Source: Terriglobia bacterium (GTDB lineage: Bacteria > Acidobacteriota > Terriglobia > 20CM-2-55-15). From it: DNA of 64,000 nt. This document shows positions 40,574-50,834 of the stretch, one piece after another (position 1 is the first letter of the stretch; the number at the start of each line of letters is the position of its first letter). Under the pieces are notes generated by a model. That model worked only from the letters and a program-made list of their open reading frames with translations. It was not told where the DNA came from and searched no databases. The DNA lies in contig CAXWPJ010000009.1 of NCBI GenBank assembly GCA_963664115.2, forward strand, positions 1 through 64,000, written 5' to 3'. The position numbers were made by a program, and so were the translations under genes.

Positions 40574-41272
40574 CTAAAACGGCGTAATCAGTTGGAACAA
40601 CTTGTAAAAAAAGCCCGGTTCGTTAGCATCGGTCACGACACCTTTTCCATCGAACTTCACTTCCATGTGCGCGATTGAGCTGGAAAGCACCAGATTGTTT
40701 GGGCTCACGTCGCGAGACCGGACCACACCCCGGAGAGTCAGGATGTGACTTTCACGGTTGATGGTGACCAGTTTGGATCCTTCGAGCACCAGGTCGCCGT
40801 TGGGTAACACTTCCACAACCCGCGCCGAGAGCGAAGCGGTCAGCGTTCCACTCCGTGAGGTCCTTCCCTCACCGGAAAAAGACAGATCCGAAAGGCCCTG
40901 AAGAATACTGGCAAAGTTCAGCGCAGAAGCGCCTTGCTCCAAACCGAAGAACGACGGCGCCGAAGCGTTCGATTCTCCGTCGCGGTCCGTTGACGTATTG
41001 GCCGAATTCGAAGCAGACGAATTTTCAAGAATCTGAATCGTTACGATATCGTTTAGATTCCGCGCCTTCACATCCACAAAAAGAAACAGGTTCGATGCGT
41101 TAGCTGAAAACAGCGACGGGCCAGACTCTGGCTGCTCTCTCCCGCTCACCCTAGCCTGACGTAGATATTCTTCGAGCGGCGAAATCTTGTGATCACTCTC
41201 TTCGACCTGGCCGGTCCCATATAACGGTGCAGACAGAGCTATCAACAGCACTACGACAATGGCTGGCTTCAC
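40574..41272 (-). CDS. flgH: Flagellar L-ring protein
   Basis: DVKARNLNDIVTI, VVEVLPNGDL, GVVR..D. Confidence 0.9.
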   Translation of the reverse strand: MKPAIVVVLLIALSAPLYGTGQVEESDHKISPLEEYLRQARVSGREQPESGPSLFSANASNLFLFVDVKARNLNDIVTIQILENSSASNSANTSTDRDGESNASAPSFFGLEQGASALNFASILQGLSDLSFSGEGRTSRSGTLTASLSARVVEVLPNGDLVLEGSKLVTINRESHILTLRGVVRSRDVSPNNLVLSSSIAHMEVKFDGKGVVTDANEPGFFYKLFQLITPF

Positions 41273-42165
41273 TATCGACCACCCACCAGTGCCTGGACTG
41301 TTCCTTGACCGGTCACCCGGGCTGTGGCCTGGCCCGATCCATTCAGATGTTCGACGATAATCGTTTGACCGTACTCGCCGGAAGATCGCGCCTTCATCAT
41401 CGCGGATATGGTGATGTTACCAACCGCTGCGACGACATTGACGGCATCGCCACGGCGGACCAGCACAGGCGAATAGAGCTGGCTTGTCGTCAATACCCGG
41501 CCCGGTTCCAGATCCTGCTTGGCGAGCATTCCCCGAATCTGGTCCAGCGATTGCACCACCTCACCCGAGCCATTCAAGGGCGCGAATTTCCATTGGACAT
41601 CATCCTCAAGTACCCGTGCGTGCGCTCTGACAGGGCGTTCCAGCACAGGTTGGGGGGTTTCGACGTGGACCCGAGTCTGAACATAGGCGGAGCGGGCGAA
41701 GCCGTCACCACGGATGTCAAGCTGGACTGAGACCCGGCCCCCTGGGTTGATATTCGTTGGCAGTGTCCCGGAAATCTGAACGTCGGCGGTCGTTACGTCG
41801 ATGGACGGAACGATCATTTCTTGAATCTCTACGCGGGCCTCGGGAAAGCGTCTACTGAAGAGTTCTTGAACGAGAACCCTGACCCGCTCCACATCCAATG
41901 GGACCGATTGTCGCCGGACCAGGACAGACTCCGGCAGGTCCAGGTCTTCAATCCTCAGGCCACTGACACGCAGTTTGCCGAGAATTTCGTAGTCGTGAAT
42001 CCTCCTGGCGAGGCCCGGATTCGGAGCTTGGCCGAGCAGCAAGGTAGAGCGCAGATCGCCTTCGGCGAACTCAATGAGATCGCCGAGAAGGATCGTGTCC
42101 TTGTCGAGACTTACTTCAGCCGGCGCCGTTAAACAACACACAAGAGCCAATACAATTGCAATCAT
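41272..42165 (-). CDS. flgA: P-ring formation chaperone FlgA
   Basis: SAF-like C-terminus LVRRGDAV..G..GQTI; position. Confidence 0.85.
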   Translation of the reverse strand: MIAIVLALVCCLTAPAEVSLDKDTILLGDLIEFAEGDLRSTLLLGQAPNPGLARRIHDYEILGKLRVSGLRIEDLDLPESVLVRRQSVPLDVERVRVLVQELFSRRFPEARVEIQEMIVPSIDVTTADVQISGTLPTNINPGGRVSVQLDIRGDGFARSAYVQTRVHVETPQPVLERPVRAHARVLEDDVQWKFAPLNGSGEVVQSLDQIRGMLAKQDLEPGRVLTTSQLYSPVLVRRGDAVNVVAAVGNITISAMMKARSSGEYGQTIIVEHLNGSGQATARVTGQGTVQALVGGR

Positions 42166-42182
42166 CTTAAAGACTCCATCAG

Positions 42183-42971
42183 TTACCGAACCAGATTGTT
42201 AACCTGCTGAAGCATGTCGTCAGCAACTCGTACGGCGCGCGAGTTCACCTCATAAGCGCGCTGTGCGATGATCATGTTCACCATCTCCCCCACAACATTC
42301 ACATTGGACATTTCCAGAAAACCCTGGTTAAGCAGCCCAAGCCCATTGGTTCCCGGATTCCCCGCAGTCGCGAGCCCGGACGCTGTGGACGGCATCAGGA
42401 GGTTGCGTCCAACCGCGCTCAAACCCGCCGGATTCTGAAACATTGCAATCTGAATGTTTCCAATCGGTGTCGCTGCTGACTGACCGGCCTGGGTCACCGA
42501 AACCGTGCCGTCAGACCCGACAACAACGTTTTGAGCTTCAGCCGGTATCGAAATGGCAGGCGTCAAAGGATTCCCTTCCGCTGTCACAACGTTTCCGAGC
42601 TGATTGACATGGAAAGATCCGTCCCGCGTGTAAGCAGTTTCACCGCTGGGTAAAGTGATCTGGAAAAATCCCTTTCCGGAAATCACAAGGTCAAGAGGAC
42701 TGTCGGTCTGCCTGAAATCTCCCTGTGCGAAGTTCCGCGCCGTTGCCACGGGCATCGTTCCCAGTCCAATTTGCAAACCCGTCGGGTATTCGGTTGAAGA
42801 GGAAGACGCCGTCCCGGCCGGCCGCAGATCCTGATAAAGCAGGTCCTGAAATTCTGCGCGAACCGATTTGAATCCCGTCGTGTTGATGTTCGCGATGTTG
42901 TTCGCAATCGTGTCGATATTGATCTGCTGCGCCTGCATTCCCGTCGCTGCGGTGTGTAACGCTCTTAACAT
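42183..42971 (-). CDS. flgG: Distal rod protein FlgG
   Basis: ANNIANINTTGFK, FQDLLYQ, YTRDGSF, LEMSNVNVV. Confidence 0.95.
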   Translation of the reverse strand: MLRALHTAATGMQAQQINIDTIANNIANINTTGFKSVRAEFQDLLYQDLRPAGTASSSSTEYPTGLQIGLGTMPVATARNFAQGDFRQTDSPLDLVISGKGFFQITLPSGETAYTRDGSFHVNQLGNVVTAEGNPLTPAISIPAEAQNVVVGSDGTVSVTQAGQSAATPIGNIQIAMFQNPAGLSAVGRNLLMPSTASGLATAGNPGTNGLGLLNQGFLEMSNVNVVGEMVNMIIAQRAYEVNSRAVRVADDMLQQVNNLVR

Positions 42972-43058
42972 TGAACAACTCCTTGAAAACTAACTTCTAA
43001 GCTTACGGCGTGGGGGCTCGTTCCTCGTCTCCGCTACCCACACCTTCAATTGCCGGCG

Positions 43059-43769
43059 CTAGACTAAACTTGCCATCTCTGCCAACAGTTGCTTATTCAT
43101 TTCGGTCGTGACGGACCTCAAGGTCTGCGATACCGATTCGAACTCTCGAAACGCCCCCATCAACTCAATCATTTCACGGACCGAATTGACGTTGGATTTC
43201 TCCAGGTGAGCGCCCTTGACCCTGGGATCAAGAACATCTGTGACACCCGTCGGGTCGCCGATCCACTCGTAACGAAACAGGCCTTCCTTTCTCAGGTAAC
43301 GGGTATCGTCGAATTCGACGATACGCAGGGTCCCAATGACGTTCCCGTCAACTGAAATATCACCACCGTCCTGCACTCTCACCTGACCCGGACCCACAAA
43401 AATCGGAGTGTCTCCGTCGCCGAGAATCCGGTGCCCGTCTTTCAACACCAGTTCACCATCTGCGTTTACCAAAAAGCTCCCGTTACGGGTATATCGGATG
43501 CCGTTGTCAGTCTCCATGAGAAAGAAACCCGGCCCATCGATCGCCGCGTCTAGTTCACGGCTCGTGGTGACGAGGACCCCCGGTGTCAAGTCCACCAGAC
43601 TGACCACTTCGATCTTTGTCTCTGTTTCTGAGACAACCTCTTCCAGGACTTGCCCGAAGTCGCGTTTGAAACCTGTCGTCCCGACATTGGCGAGGTTGTT
43701 GGCGATGATGTCCACAATCCGCATCCTCGCTTCCAGGGCCTCGTAGGCTGTAAAAATTGCATCACTCAT
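43059..43769 (-). CDS. flgF: Rod protein FlgF
   Basis: ANNLANVGTTGFK, YTRNGSF, LEKSNVN; precedes flgG. Confidence 0.88.
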   Translation of the reverse strand: MSDAIFTAYEALEARMRIVDIIANNLANVGTTGFKRDFGQVLEEVVSETETKIEVVSLVDLTPGVLVTTSRELDAAIDGPGFFLMETDNGIRYTRNGSFLVNADGELVLKDGHRILGDGDTPIFVGPGQVRVQDGGDISVDGNVIGTLRIVEFDDTRYLRKEGLFRYEWIGDPTGVTDVLDPRVKGAHLEKSNVNSVREMIELMGAFREFESVSQTLRSVTTEMNKQLLAEMASLV

Positions 43770-43934
43770 AAGAAACGCTCAAATCCGGGCTCCATCTCGA
43801 AACAGGTGCCCCAGTGTCATCGTTGCAAGTTATGAACCAATCGATACCCAATCCGCACAAAACGTCACAGGTCGCGATAAGTCACACACCTGTTAACACT
43901 TGGTGCAATCGGAAGGTCGCCCGCATGATTTCCT

Positions 43935-44405
43935 CTAAAGAAGTCCTGCAGTCCTGCCGATAGGAAGAAAAGGACGGTCCTGGCCAATTTTGCCGCGTTC
44001 GATCCGCGACATACCCAGCAAGACGTTGACTTCTGCTTCAGTCAGCCCCGCCGAGCGCGCAATCACGGAAACCTCTCTTCCACGCTTCCCCATTGCAATA
44101 ACCCGGCTCCGCAGGTCGAAGTCGATTGCTACCGCCGATCGATTAGCGGGCAGTGCGACAGCTGGGCTGAGTGGAGCACTTTTCAAACTACTGATTTGCT
44201 GGCGCGCCACGTCAGCGATATTGAAGAAACTGGCCTCCGCGTCTTGCCATTCCTTGTTCAGCGCGCCGAGCGCAACCCTGGTGAGCTGAAACTTCCGCCG
44301 CACGTAATATGCGAGCGAAATGATGGATAGGCCACACAGGCACAGCGCCAGATAGATGCCGATCTCCTCAGGAGGGATCGAGACTAACAAGCCGTTTGTC
44401 GTCAC
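43935..44405 (-). CDS. Membrane-anchored hypothetical protein with C-terminal HTH (DUF2802-like)
   Basis: N-terminal TM; IARSAGLTEAEVNVLL. Confidence 0.55.
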   Translation of the reverse strand: MTTNGLLVSIPPEEIGIYLALCLCGLSIISLAYYVRRKFQLTRVALGALNKEWQDAEASFFNIADVARQQISSLKSAPLSPAVALPANRSAVAIDFDLRSRVIAMGKRGREVSVIARSAGLTEAEVNVLLGMSRIERGKIGQDRPFLPIGRTAGLL

Positions 44406-44673
44406 TATTCAACTCCGTGATTCTGATTCCATAATATCCATCAACGACAACCACCTCGCCACGTGCGATCGCTCGGCCGTTGACAACAAGATCGACCGGT
44501 TCGTCGATGCTCGAATTAAGTTCGATCACTGACCCGATTCCCAGCTTGATGACCTCCTCAAGGAGCATATTGGTCTCACCAAATCGAATGGAAGCCGCCA
44601 ACTGGAGGTCCATGAAGACGTCCAAATTCTCATCCACACCCTTTGGCTTTGTTTCTTCAGGCTCAATTTCCAT
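44368..44673 (-). CDS. fliN: Motor switch protein FliN
   Basis: GSVIEL, NGRAIARGEVVVVDG.YGIRI. Confidence 0.9.
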   Translation of the reverse strand: MEIEPEETKPKGVDENLDVFMDLQLAASIRFGETNMLLEEVIKLGIGSVIELNSSIDEPVDLVVNGRAIARGEVVVVDGYYGIRITELNSDDKRLVSLDPS

Positions 44674-45561
44674 TTAGAAACTTTCTCCCATGGCAGATGT
44701 TGCAGTTTCGATGATCTCGAATGACTTGCTGTTTTCTTCGAGTCGCGCAGTTGCTTTCAGCTTGTCTTTGCCGGCGATTTTAAGTACGACCGGCAAATCG
44801 TTTCTCTGCTCCAGCACCAAGGTATCCCCTGCCTGAAGCGAGAGTATCGATCGCATCGGATAAAATGTCGCTCCAGTTTCAATGGCAACGTTCACTGGCA
44901 CCTTGTCAATATTTTCCTCCAGCGTTGAACCCGCAGCAGTCTTCCTTCGGCCGGACCATTCCTTGTCGAATATGTGCATGATCGGTTCGAGGACGAGCGT
45001 CGGAAACGCCAGGCTGATCTTGGTCGTCTTATCGCAGGTCCGCATCTGGAATCTGAAAACGACGACCATCTCGTTTGGAGAAACGATCTGGACCATGTGC
45101 GGTTGGGTTTCGGTGGCGGTGACGTCGAACTCGATCGGATAGATCTGCCGCCAGGCTTCACGCAAGTTATCCACTACCAGATTGAGAATTTGCTGAACGA
45201 CGTTCTGCTCGATTTCAGTCATCGGGCGCTCTATTTCCACTGATTCTCCGGACCCGCCGAGTAAGCGGTCGAGGATGGAGAAGATGGCTTCCGGCACAAT
45301 CTCCAGCGCGGCAGACCCTTCCAACGGCTTCAGAGAGATCGACGAATAACAGGTCGGATCCGACAACGTCTCCAGGAAGTCCGCATAGCTAATCTGGTCG
45401 ATCGTGTCGAGGTTGATCTCGACAACTTTACGTAGGTATGCGGAAAGAGCGGAGGAAATGCTCCTCGCAAACCGATCGTGGATAAAATGCAGCGATCGAA
45501 GCTGGTTCTTCGAGATGCGGTCAGGACGTTTGTAGTTATAAGTCTGTATCTTCGATTTCAT
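44674..45561 (-). CDS. fliM: Motor switch protein FliM (no N-terminal CheY-binding segment)
   Basis: YNYKRPDRISK.QLR, DRLLGG, RPMTEIE, C-terminal SpoA domain. Confidence 0.9.
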   Translation of the reverse strand: MKSKIQTYNYKRPDRISKNQLRSLHFIHDRFARSISSALSAYLRKVVEINLDTIDQISYADFLETLSDPTCYSSISLKPLEGSAALEIVPEAIFSILDRLLGGSGESVEIERPMTEIEQNVVQQILNLVVDNLREAWRQIYPIEFDVTATETQPHMVQIVSPNEMVVVFRFQMRTCDKTTKISLAFPTLVLEPIMHIFDKEWSGRRKTAAGSTLEENIDKVPVNVAIETGATFYPMRSILSLQAGDTLVLEQRNDLPVVLKIAGKDKLKATARLEENSKSFEIIETATSAMGESF

Positions 45562-46310
45562 CGTTCACTCAGAAGTTGGAACGCCGATTCGACGCCGGGC
45601 GACATTTTTTTCATTTTGGAGCGGAGACGGAGCATGGCCTTGGTGCGAATCTGCGACACGCGCGACTCGTTCACACCCAACATCGCACCGATCTCCTTCA
45701 TCGTGAACTCTTCGTAGTAATAGAGTGACAGGACAAGCCTCTCTCTCTCCGGCAGCGAGTCGATCACTCCGCCCAACATCTTGCCCAGCTCACCCCGTTC
45801 GAACTGTTCGTAGGGATCGTTCTCGCCATCATCGGGGTAGTAATTGATAAAACTTTCGCCGGAACCGTCCTCGCGGTTGTCACCGATGTCTTCAAACGAA
45901 CCAATCGTCAGTCCATGAAGCTGGTCAACAAGCGCATGGAAGTCCTCGATGTCTTCACCCAGTTCCAGGCAGACCTCCTCATCAGTCGCCGGACGACCCA
46001 GGCGCTGGCCCAGAACCCGGTAAACCTTTTCCAGGTCTTTACTTTTTTTCCTGAGCGAACGCGGAGCCCAGTCCAGATCGCGCAGGCTGTCCAGAATGGC
46101 GCCTCGAATCCGTAATTCCGCATAAGTCTTGAATTTGAAGCCTCGTTCAGGTTCAAACTTTTCAACCGCATCCAGGAGCCCGATGACACCCGCGTTAACT
46201 AGGTCGCAAATCTCGACACTCGGCGGCAAGCGCATTGCAACACGATGGGCGATGTGATTGATCAGCGGCAGAGAATCATTGATCATCTCTTCTCGTTCTA
46301 CGACATTCAT
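45558..46310 (-). CDS. fliA: Flagellar sigma factor sigma28
   Basis: DLVNAGVIGL, RIRGAILDSLR..DW, YYYEE.TMKEIG..LGVNESRVSQ. Confidence 0.95.
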   Translation of the reverse strand: MNVVEREEMINDSLPLINHIAHRVAMRLPPSVEICDLVNAGVIGLLDAVEKFEPERGFKFKTYAELRIRGAILDSLRDLDWAPRSLRKKSKDLEKVYRVLGQRLGRPATDEEVCLELGEDIEDFHALVDQLHGLTIGSFEDIGDNREDGSGESFINYYPDDGENDPYEQFERGELGKMLGGVIDSLPERERLVLSLYYYEEFTMKEIGAMLGVNESRVSQIRTKAMLRLRSKMKKMSPGVESAFQLLSER

Positions 46311-46351
46311 AAAAAACTTCCCCGTACCTTATCTGAGTGCATTAGACAGGC

Positions 46352-47608
46352 TCACTGTTTCTTTTTTGTGCGAGGGATACGCCCCTTTCTGGGTGGCAGC
46401 ATCATTCGGGCCAGGTCTGCAGCGTTCGCTGGCATGAGGTCGCCAGGTACGTGCGGCCCTTCGCTTACGAAAGAAACAGGTAATTGATATCCGAGCAACT
46501 CGCCGACGATGGCTCCCTTTGTCTCGGTTTCGTCCAGCTTTGTAACAATCACTGCCTGCGGTGACAACTTGTTGAAGCGTTTGTAAATTTTGGCGATGTC
46601 TTCCGCCTTCGTCGTCGCGCCAATGACCAATTGCACGCGCGCGTCCATTCCAGCCAGAGCGGCACGCAAACCCCGAAGTTGACTCACCTCGGAAGGACTG
46701 CCTCCGGTCGTGTCGATCAACAGCAAGTCGTAGTCTTTGAGATTTCCGATCGTCTGTTTGAGCGCCCCAATGCCAGCTCCGAATACGGGCACATCCAGCA
46801 GCTGTCCATAACGGGAAAGGTGTTCCTGGCCGGCAACGCGTTGGATGTCTGTGGATATCAACGCGACGTTTCTGCCGTAACGTGCAGATGCCTGTCCGGC
46901 AAGTTTGGCGATGGTTGTTGTCTTGCCGACACCGGTCGGCCCTACGAAAACACTGAGAATGGGTTGCTTACTCTCGAACTCAAGGGGGCTTTCGATTGCC
47001 AGGCTTTTTGCCAACAGCCCCCGAACAGCTTCGCGGGACTTTGCGGCTCCCGACTTGGTGCGTCCCGCACGGGCAATCAGCTGTTCCGCAAGCTCCGGGT
47101 CTACTCCCTGGCCAACCAATTCAGCATAGACGCCGCGACTGCGACCGACCGGAACTCCGGGGAACGCGTGGCTGAGCTGGCGCACGGCTCGCTTGAGTTC
47201 GTCGATCTCTTCGAGAACTTCCTCTATTCGAGCCTCGGCATTCCGAATGAGTCGGGAGGGGCCCTCGAACTCCGACATGGCAACACCGGCAACGTCCGTC
47301 GACCGGGCTACCCGCGCTTCTGGGTCGCCTCCGTTCTCGGGGTCATCGCTTGCCCATGCCGGGTCCTGTGAAATGGACACCGAATCTGGAACCGCGGCCG
47401 CGACCCTGTCAGCAGGGCTTTCGACCGGCGTCGGGACGCTCTCCTCTTTAACCCCTGCGGTAACCTCCCATCTCTGGCGACGAATACCCCAGGGTCTGCG
47501 TGTGGTCACAGGCCGGGTACCGAGGATCATCGCATCGGGACCGAAGTCGCGCTTGATATGCTCTACGGCTTCCTGGATCGTCCCTGTTTGATATGTTTTT
47601 ACCTTCAT
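46352..47608 (-). CDS. flhF: Flagellar biosynthesis GTPase FlhF
   Basis: FGPDAMIL, GPTGVGKTTTIAKLA, DTTG, TKLDE. Confidence 0.9.
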   Translation of the reverse strand: MKVKTYQTGTIQEAVEHIKRDFGPDAMILGTRPVTTRRPWGIRRQRWEVTAGVKEESVPTPVESPADRVAAAVPDSVSISQDPAWASDDPENGGDPEARVARSTDVAGVAMSEFEGPSRLIRNAEARIEEVLEEIDELKRAVRQLSHAFPGVPVGRSRGVYAELVGQGVDPELAEQLIARAGRTKSGAAKSREAVRGLLAKSLAIESPLEFESKQPILSVFVGPTGVGKTTTIAKLAGQASARYGRNVALISTDIQRVAGQEHLSRYGQLLDVPVFGAGIGALKQTIGNLKDYDLLLIDTTGGSPSEVSQLRGLRAALAGMDARVQLVIGATTKAEDIAKIYKRFNKLSPQAVIVTKLDETETKGAIVGELLGYQLPVSFVSEGPHVPGDLMPANAADLARMMLPPRKGRIPRTKKKQ

Positions 47609-49638
47609 TGTCCAACAACTCCTTGCGACACTATCTGCAGATTGGGCGGAATGTCATTCGGCGAGACAACTGTCAACTGTGGAATAAATCTTTCGATTAA
47701 TTTCCGCAGATGGAAGCGGATGGTGCTCGAGCACAGCAAGGTCCATTGAGACGTTGTCAAGGTCTGACAGGTTGCACCGATTTCCTTAACCAGATTTTCG
47801 AATCCCTTGGAATCCAGCGCCAGATATGCTCCCGACTCGTCCTGGATAAGGGAACCCTTCAACCTCTCTTCCCAATCCGGGGAAAGCGAAATCACGGGCA
47901 ACTCGCCGCTTTCGTTCAGCAACGGTTTTGTGATCGAACGGCTCAGTGAAGCTCGAACTACCTCGGTTAATGTCGCGGCATCTTTCGTGCGTACACCGAA
48001 GTCGGCAAGCGACTCAAAAATCGTTACGAGGTCGCGGATTGATACCTTTTCACGGAGGAGACTCTGAAGAACCTTCTGAACCTCCCCGACTGAAAGGGTG
48101 GCGGGTACGAGCTCTTCAACGAGTTTTGGATGGGTCTCTCCAACGTGATCGATCAGGGTCTTAACTTCCTGACGACCCATCAATTCATGGGCGTGCGACC
48201 GTATCATCTCTGTAAGATGCGTGGCCAGAATCGTCGAGGCGTCCACAACCGTGTAATTCATCAGTTGCGCCCGTTCCTTATTTTCTTTGCTTATCCAGAA
48301 CGCGGATAATCCAAAGGTCGGTTCTTTAGTCGGCGTGCCGTCGATTGTTCCCGTGGTGCTCCCTGGATCGATCGCCATCAGGCGGTCCAGCATCAATTCT
48401 CCGCGGCCAATCTCAGAACCCTTGAGAAGGATTGTGTATTCTCTGGAACCCAGTTTGAGATTGTCAGAGACGTTGACAGGGGGCACGATCATGCCCAGTT
48501 CTTGGGCCAGTTGCTTTCGGATCGACCGGATACGACTTAAGAAATCGCCGCCCACCTGGGCATCGACTAATCCGACCAGTCCATAGCCAATCTCCACAGC
48601 CAGGCTGTCGATCTTGAGGAAGGCCGTCGCCCTCTCCACGGTCCCCTCTTCCGGAGGCGGCGCTTCGATTGCAGGTGCCGCCAAGCGCTGCTTTTCGTTG
48701 TTCCAGGCGTAGAATGCAATCCCACCTAGAACGGTTCCAAGTACGAGAAAACCCATGGTCGGCAAGCCAGGTATCAGACCCAGACCGCCCACGATCACGC
48801 ATGAGAAAAAAACCGGTTTCGGGTTTTCAAACAACTGCCCGATGACGTCCTCGCCCAAACTCTTTTCCGCGGCGGCGCGGGTCGTAATGAGACCACCACC
48901 GATTGAGATCAGGAGCGAGGGAATCGTGGTGACCAATCCGTCACCGATAGTAAGAATCGTGAAGGTTTCCAGGGCCACCAGCGCGTCCATTCCGTTCTGG
49001 AACATGCCGATGAACAGACCCCCAACGATATTGATCAACGTAATCAGGATGGATGCCATGGCATCACGCTGCGTGAATCGGATGGCACCGTCCATAGATC
49101 CATAAAAGCTAGCTTCCCGACCGACTTCCTTACGCCGTATACGCGCTTCTTCCTGATCGATAACTCCGGCGTTGAGGTCGGCGTCGATTGACAGTTGTTT
49201 ACCGGGTAGAGCATCCAGGGTGAATCGTGCAGTCACTTCGGAAATGCGCACGGCACCGTGGTTGATGACGACGTACTGGATGATGATCAGGACGAGGAAA
49301 ATGATCAGGCCGACGACATAATTGCCTCCGACAACGAATTGTCCGAAAGCACCGATAACGTTCCCGGCTGCTGCGAAACCCTGACTTCCGTTGAGAAGAA
49401 TAAGCCGGGTCGAGGCGATGTTTAGTGACAGGCGGAATAGAGTCGTCAGCAACAGGATCGACGGAAACGCCGAAAACTGAACCGGTTTGAGTACGTAGAC
49501 AGATGAAAGAAGAACGACAACGGACAGCGAAATGTTGGCCGAAATGAGCAGATCCAGGAACACCGGTGGCAGTGGCACCAACAACGCTGTCAAAATTATG
49601 ATGACAGCGATCGGCATGGCTACCTGTGATTTGACCAT
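47605..49638 (-). CDS. flhA: Export gate protein FlhA
   Basis: EVTARFTLDALPGKQLSIDADL, FYGSMDGA, LTIGDGLV. Confidence 0.96.
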   Translation of the reverse strand: MVKSQVAMPIAVIIILTALLVPLPPVFLDLLISANISLSVVVLLSSVYVLKPVQFSAFPSILLLTTLFRLSLNIASTRLILLNGSQGFAAAGNVIGAFGQFVVGGNYVVGLIIFLVLIIIQYVVINHGAVRISEVTARFTLDALPGKQLSIDADLNAGVIDQEEARIRRKEVGREASFYGSMDGAIRFTQRDAMASILITLINIVGGLFIGMFQNGMDALVALETFTILTIGDGLVTTIPSLLISIGGGLITTRAAAEKSLGEDVIGQLFENPKPVFFSCVIVGGLGLIPGLPTMGFLVLGTVLGGIAFYAWNNEKQRLAAPAIEAPPPEEGTVERATAFLKIDSLAVEIGYGLVGLVDAQVGGDFLSRIRSIRKQLAQELGMIVPPVNVSDNLKLGSREYTILLKGSEIGRGELMLDRLMAIDPGSTTGTIDGTPTKEPTFGLSAFWISKENKERAQLMNYTVVDASTILATHLTEMIRSHAHELMGRQEVKTLIDHVGETHPKLVEELVPATLSVGEVQKVLQSLLREKVSIRDLVTIFESLADFGVRTKDAATLTEVVRASLSRSITKPLLNESGELPVISLSPDWEERLKGSLIQDESGAYLALDSKGFENLVKEIGATCQTLTTSQWTLLCSSTIRFHLRKLIERFIPQLTVVSPNDIPPNLQIVSQGVVGQ

Positions 49639-49665
49639 ATTCTTACTTCCTCAAACTCTCACTGA

Positions 49666-49682
49666 AGCAACCGGGATGCCAA
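49666..49682 (-). promoter_or_regulatory. Sigma54 promoter upstream of flhA
   Basis: TTGGCATCCCGGTTGCT (GG-N10-GC). Confidence 0.75.
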
Positions 49683-49765
49683 GTTGAAGCCCCGGTCCAA
49701 ACGACCCGACACATCCTTCCGCAGCCCATCGGGGAACTCACTTTGCGACGGAGATCAAGAGCAAC

Positions 49766-50833
49766 TTAAGCTCTTTTATTCATTCGTTTACGGACCTTGA
49801 AGACGTATGCCAGGACCTCGGCAACCGCCTTATACAAATTGAGTGGAATCTCCTGTCCGATGTCCACGCTCCAGTACAGAGACCGGGCCAAGGGGACGTT
49901 TTCCACGCGCGGGATGTCATATTCCCGACCCACTTCTTTGATCCGCTCGGCCAACGAATCCTGACCCTTGGCAACAATCCGCGGAGCGGCCATCAAATCC
50001 GGCTTGTACTCAAGCGCAACGGCAAAGTGCGTGGGGTTCGTGATGATGACGTCTGCATCCTGAATCGCGGCCATCATTCTCTGCTTGGCCTGCGCCTGCT
50101 GGATCGATCGGATCTTGTTCTTTACCTCGGGGTTACCCTCCATATGCTTGTTGTCTTGTTTGACGTCAGACTTGGACATCTTGAGACCCTTCTCATGCTT
50201 ATGCTTCTGGTAGAAGAAGTCTGCAATCGCCAACACAAGCAATGTGAGGATGACGTAAGTCAGAATCCGGATAAGAATCTCTCTAAGCAGCGCGTTCGAC
50301 GCTTCGATGCCCATTCCCGGAGTGAGCATCAATTCATCCCAACGGTCTGTAAGGACCTGCCAGACGGCAGTCACGAGAGCGGCCAGAAGGACGAGGAAGC
50401 GTGCCCATTCCGCCGGGTTGGCTTTCGTTTTGAGTTTTTCTAGACCCTTGGCCGGATTCAGCTTTTCCCATTTCGGCTCGAGTGCCTTCGTGGCGATGTT
50501 CGGCAGCCCCTGAACGACGTTTCCGGCGAGGGCTCCGAACCATGCACCGGCCAGAATCGGCGCGACCAACAACATGAAGTAAATCCCGGTCTCGTTGATC
50601 ACAGCCAGCAGGGCGGATTGGGAAGGATCGTCGAGAATCCCCGTCTCGAGCACGCGCGATAAAAGACCCCGAAACCCCCCCCGGTAGCTGAGAACCCAGG
50701 CCAGGGTAACAACAGCCGCGGCAAGTGAAAACGTCGAGGCCACCTGTTGAGAGTAAGCAACTTGTCCCTCTTCACGCGCCTTTCGGAGCCTTATAGAAGT
50801 CGGTTTCTCTGTTTTATCGTCTTTTCCAGCCAT
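49766..50833 (-). CDS. flhB: Export protein FlhB
   Basis: KTEKPT, EGNPEVK, NPTH autocleavage motif. Confidence 0.95.
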   Translation of the reverse strand: MAGKDDKTEKPTSIRLRKAREEGQVAYSQQVASTFSLAAAVVTLAWVLSYRGGFRGLLSRVLETGILDDPSQSALLAVINETGIYFMLLVAPILAGAWFGALAGNVVQGLPNIATKALEPKWEKLNPAKGLEKLKTKANPAEWARFLVLLAALVTAVWQVLTDRWDELMLTPGMGIEASNALLREILIRILTYVILTLLVLAIADFFYQKHKHEKGLKMSKSDVKQDNKHMEGNPEVKNKIRSIQQAQAKQRMMAAIQDADVIITNPTHFAVALEYKPDLMAAPRIVAKGQDSLAERIKEVGREYDIPRVENVPLARSLYWSVDIGQEIPLNLYKAVAEVLAYVFKVRKRMNKRA

Positions 50834-50834
50834 G

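Noticed and set aside
43790-43815. Sigma54 promoter upstream of flgF
   Set aside because: GGCAC is present but the -12 position reads GA, not GC.
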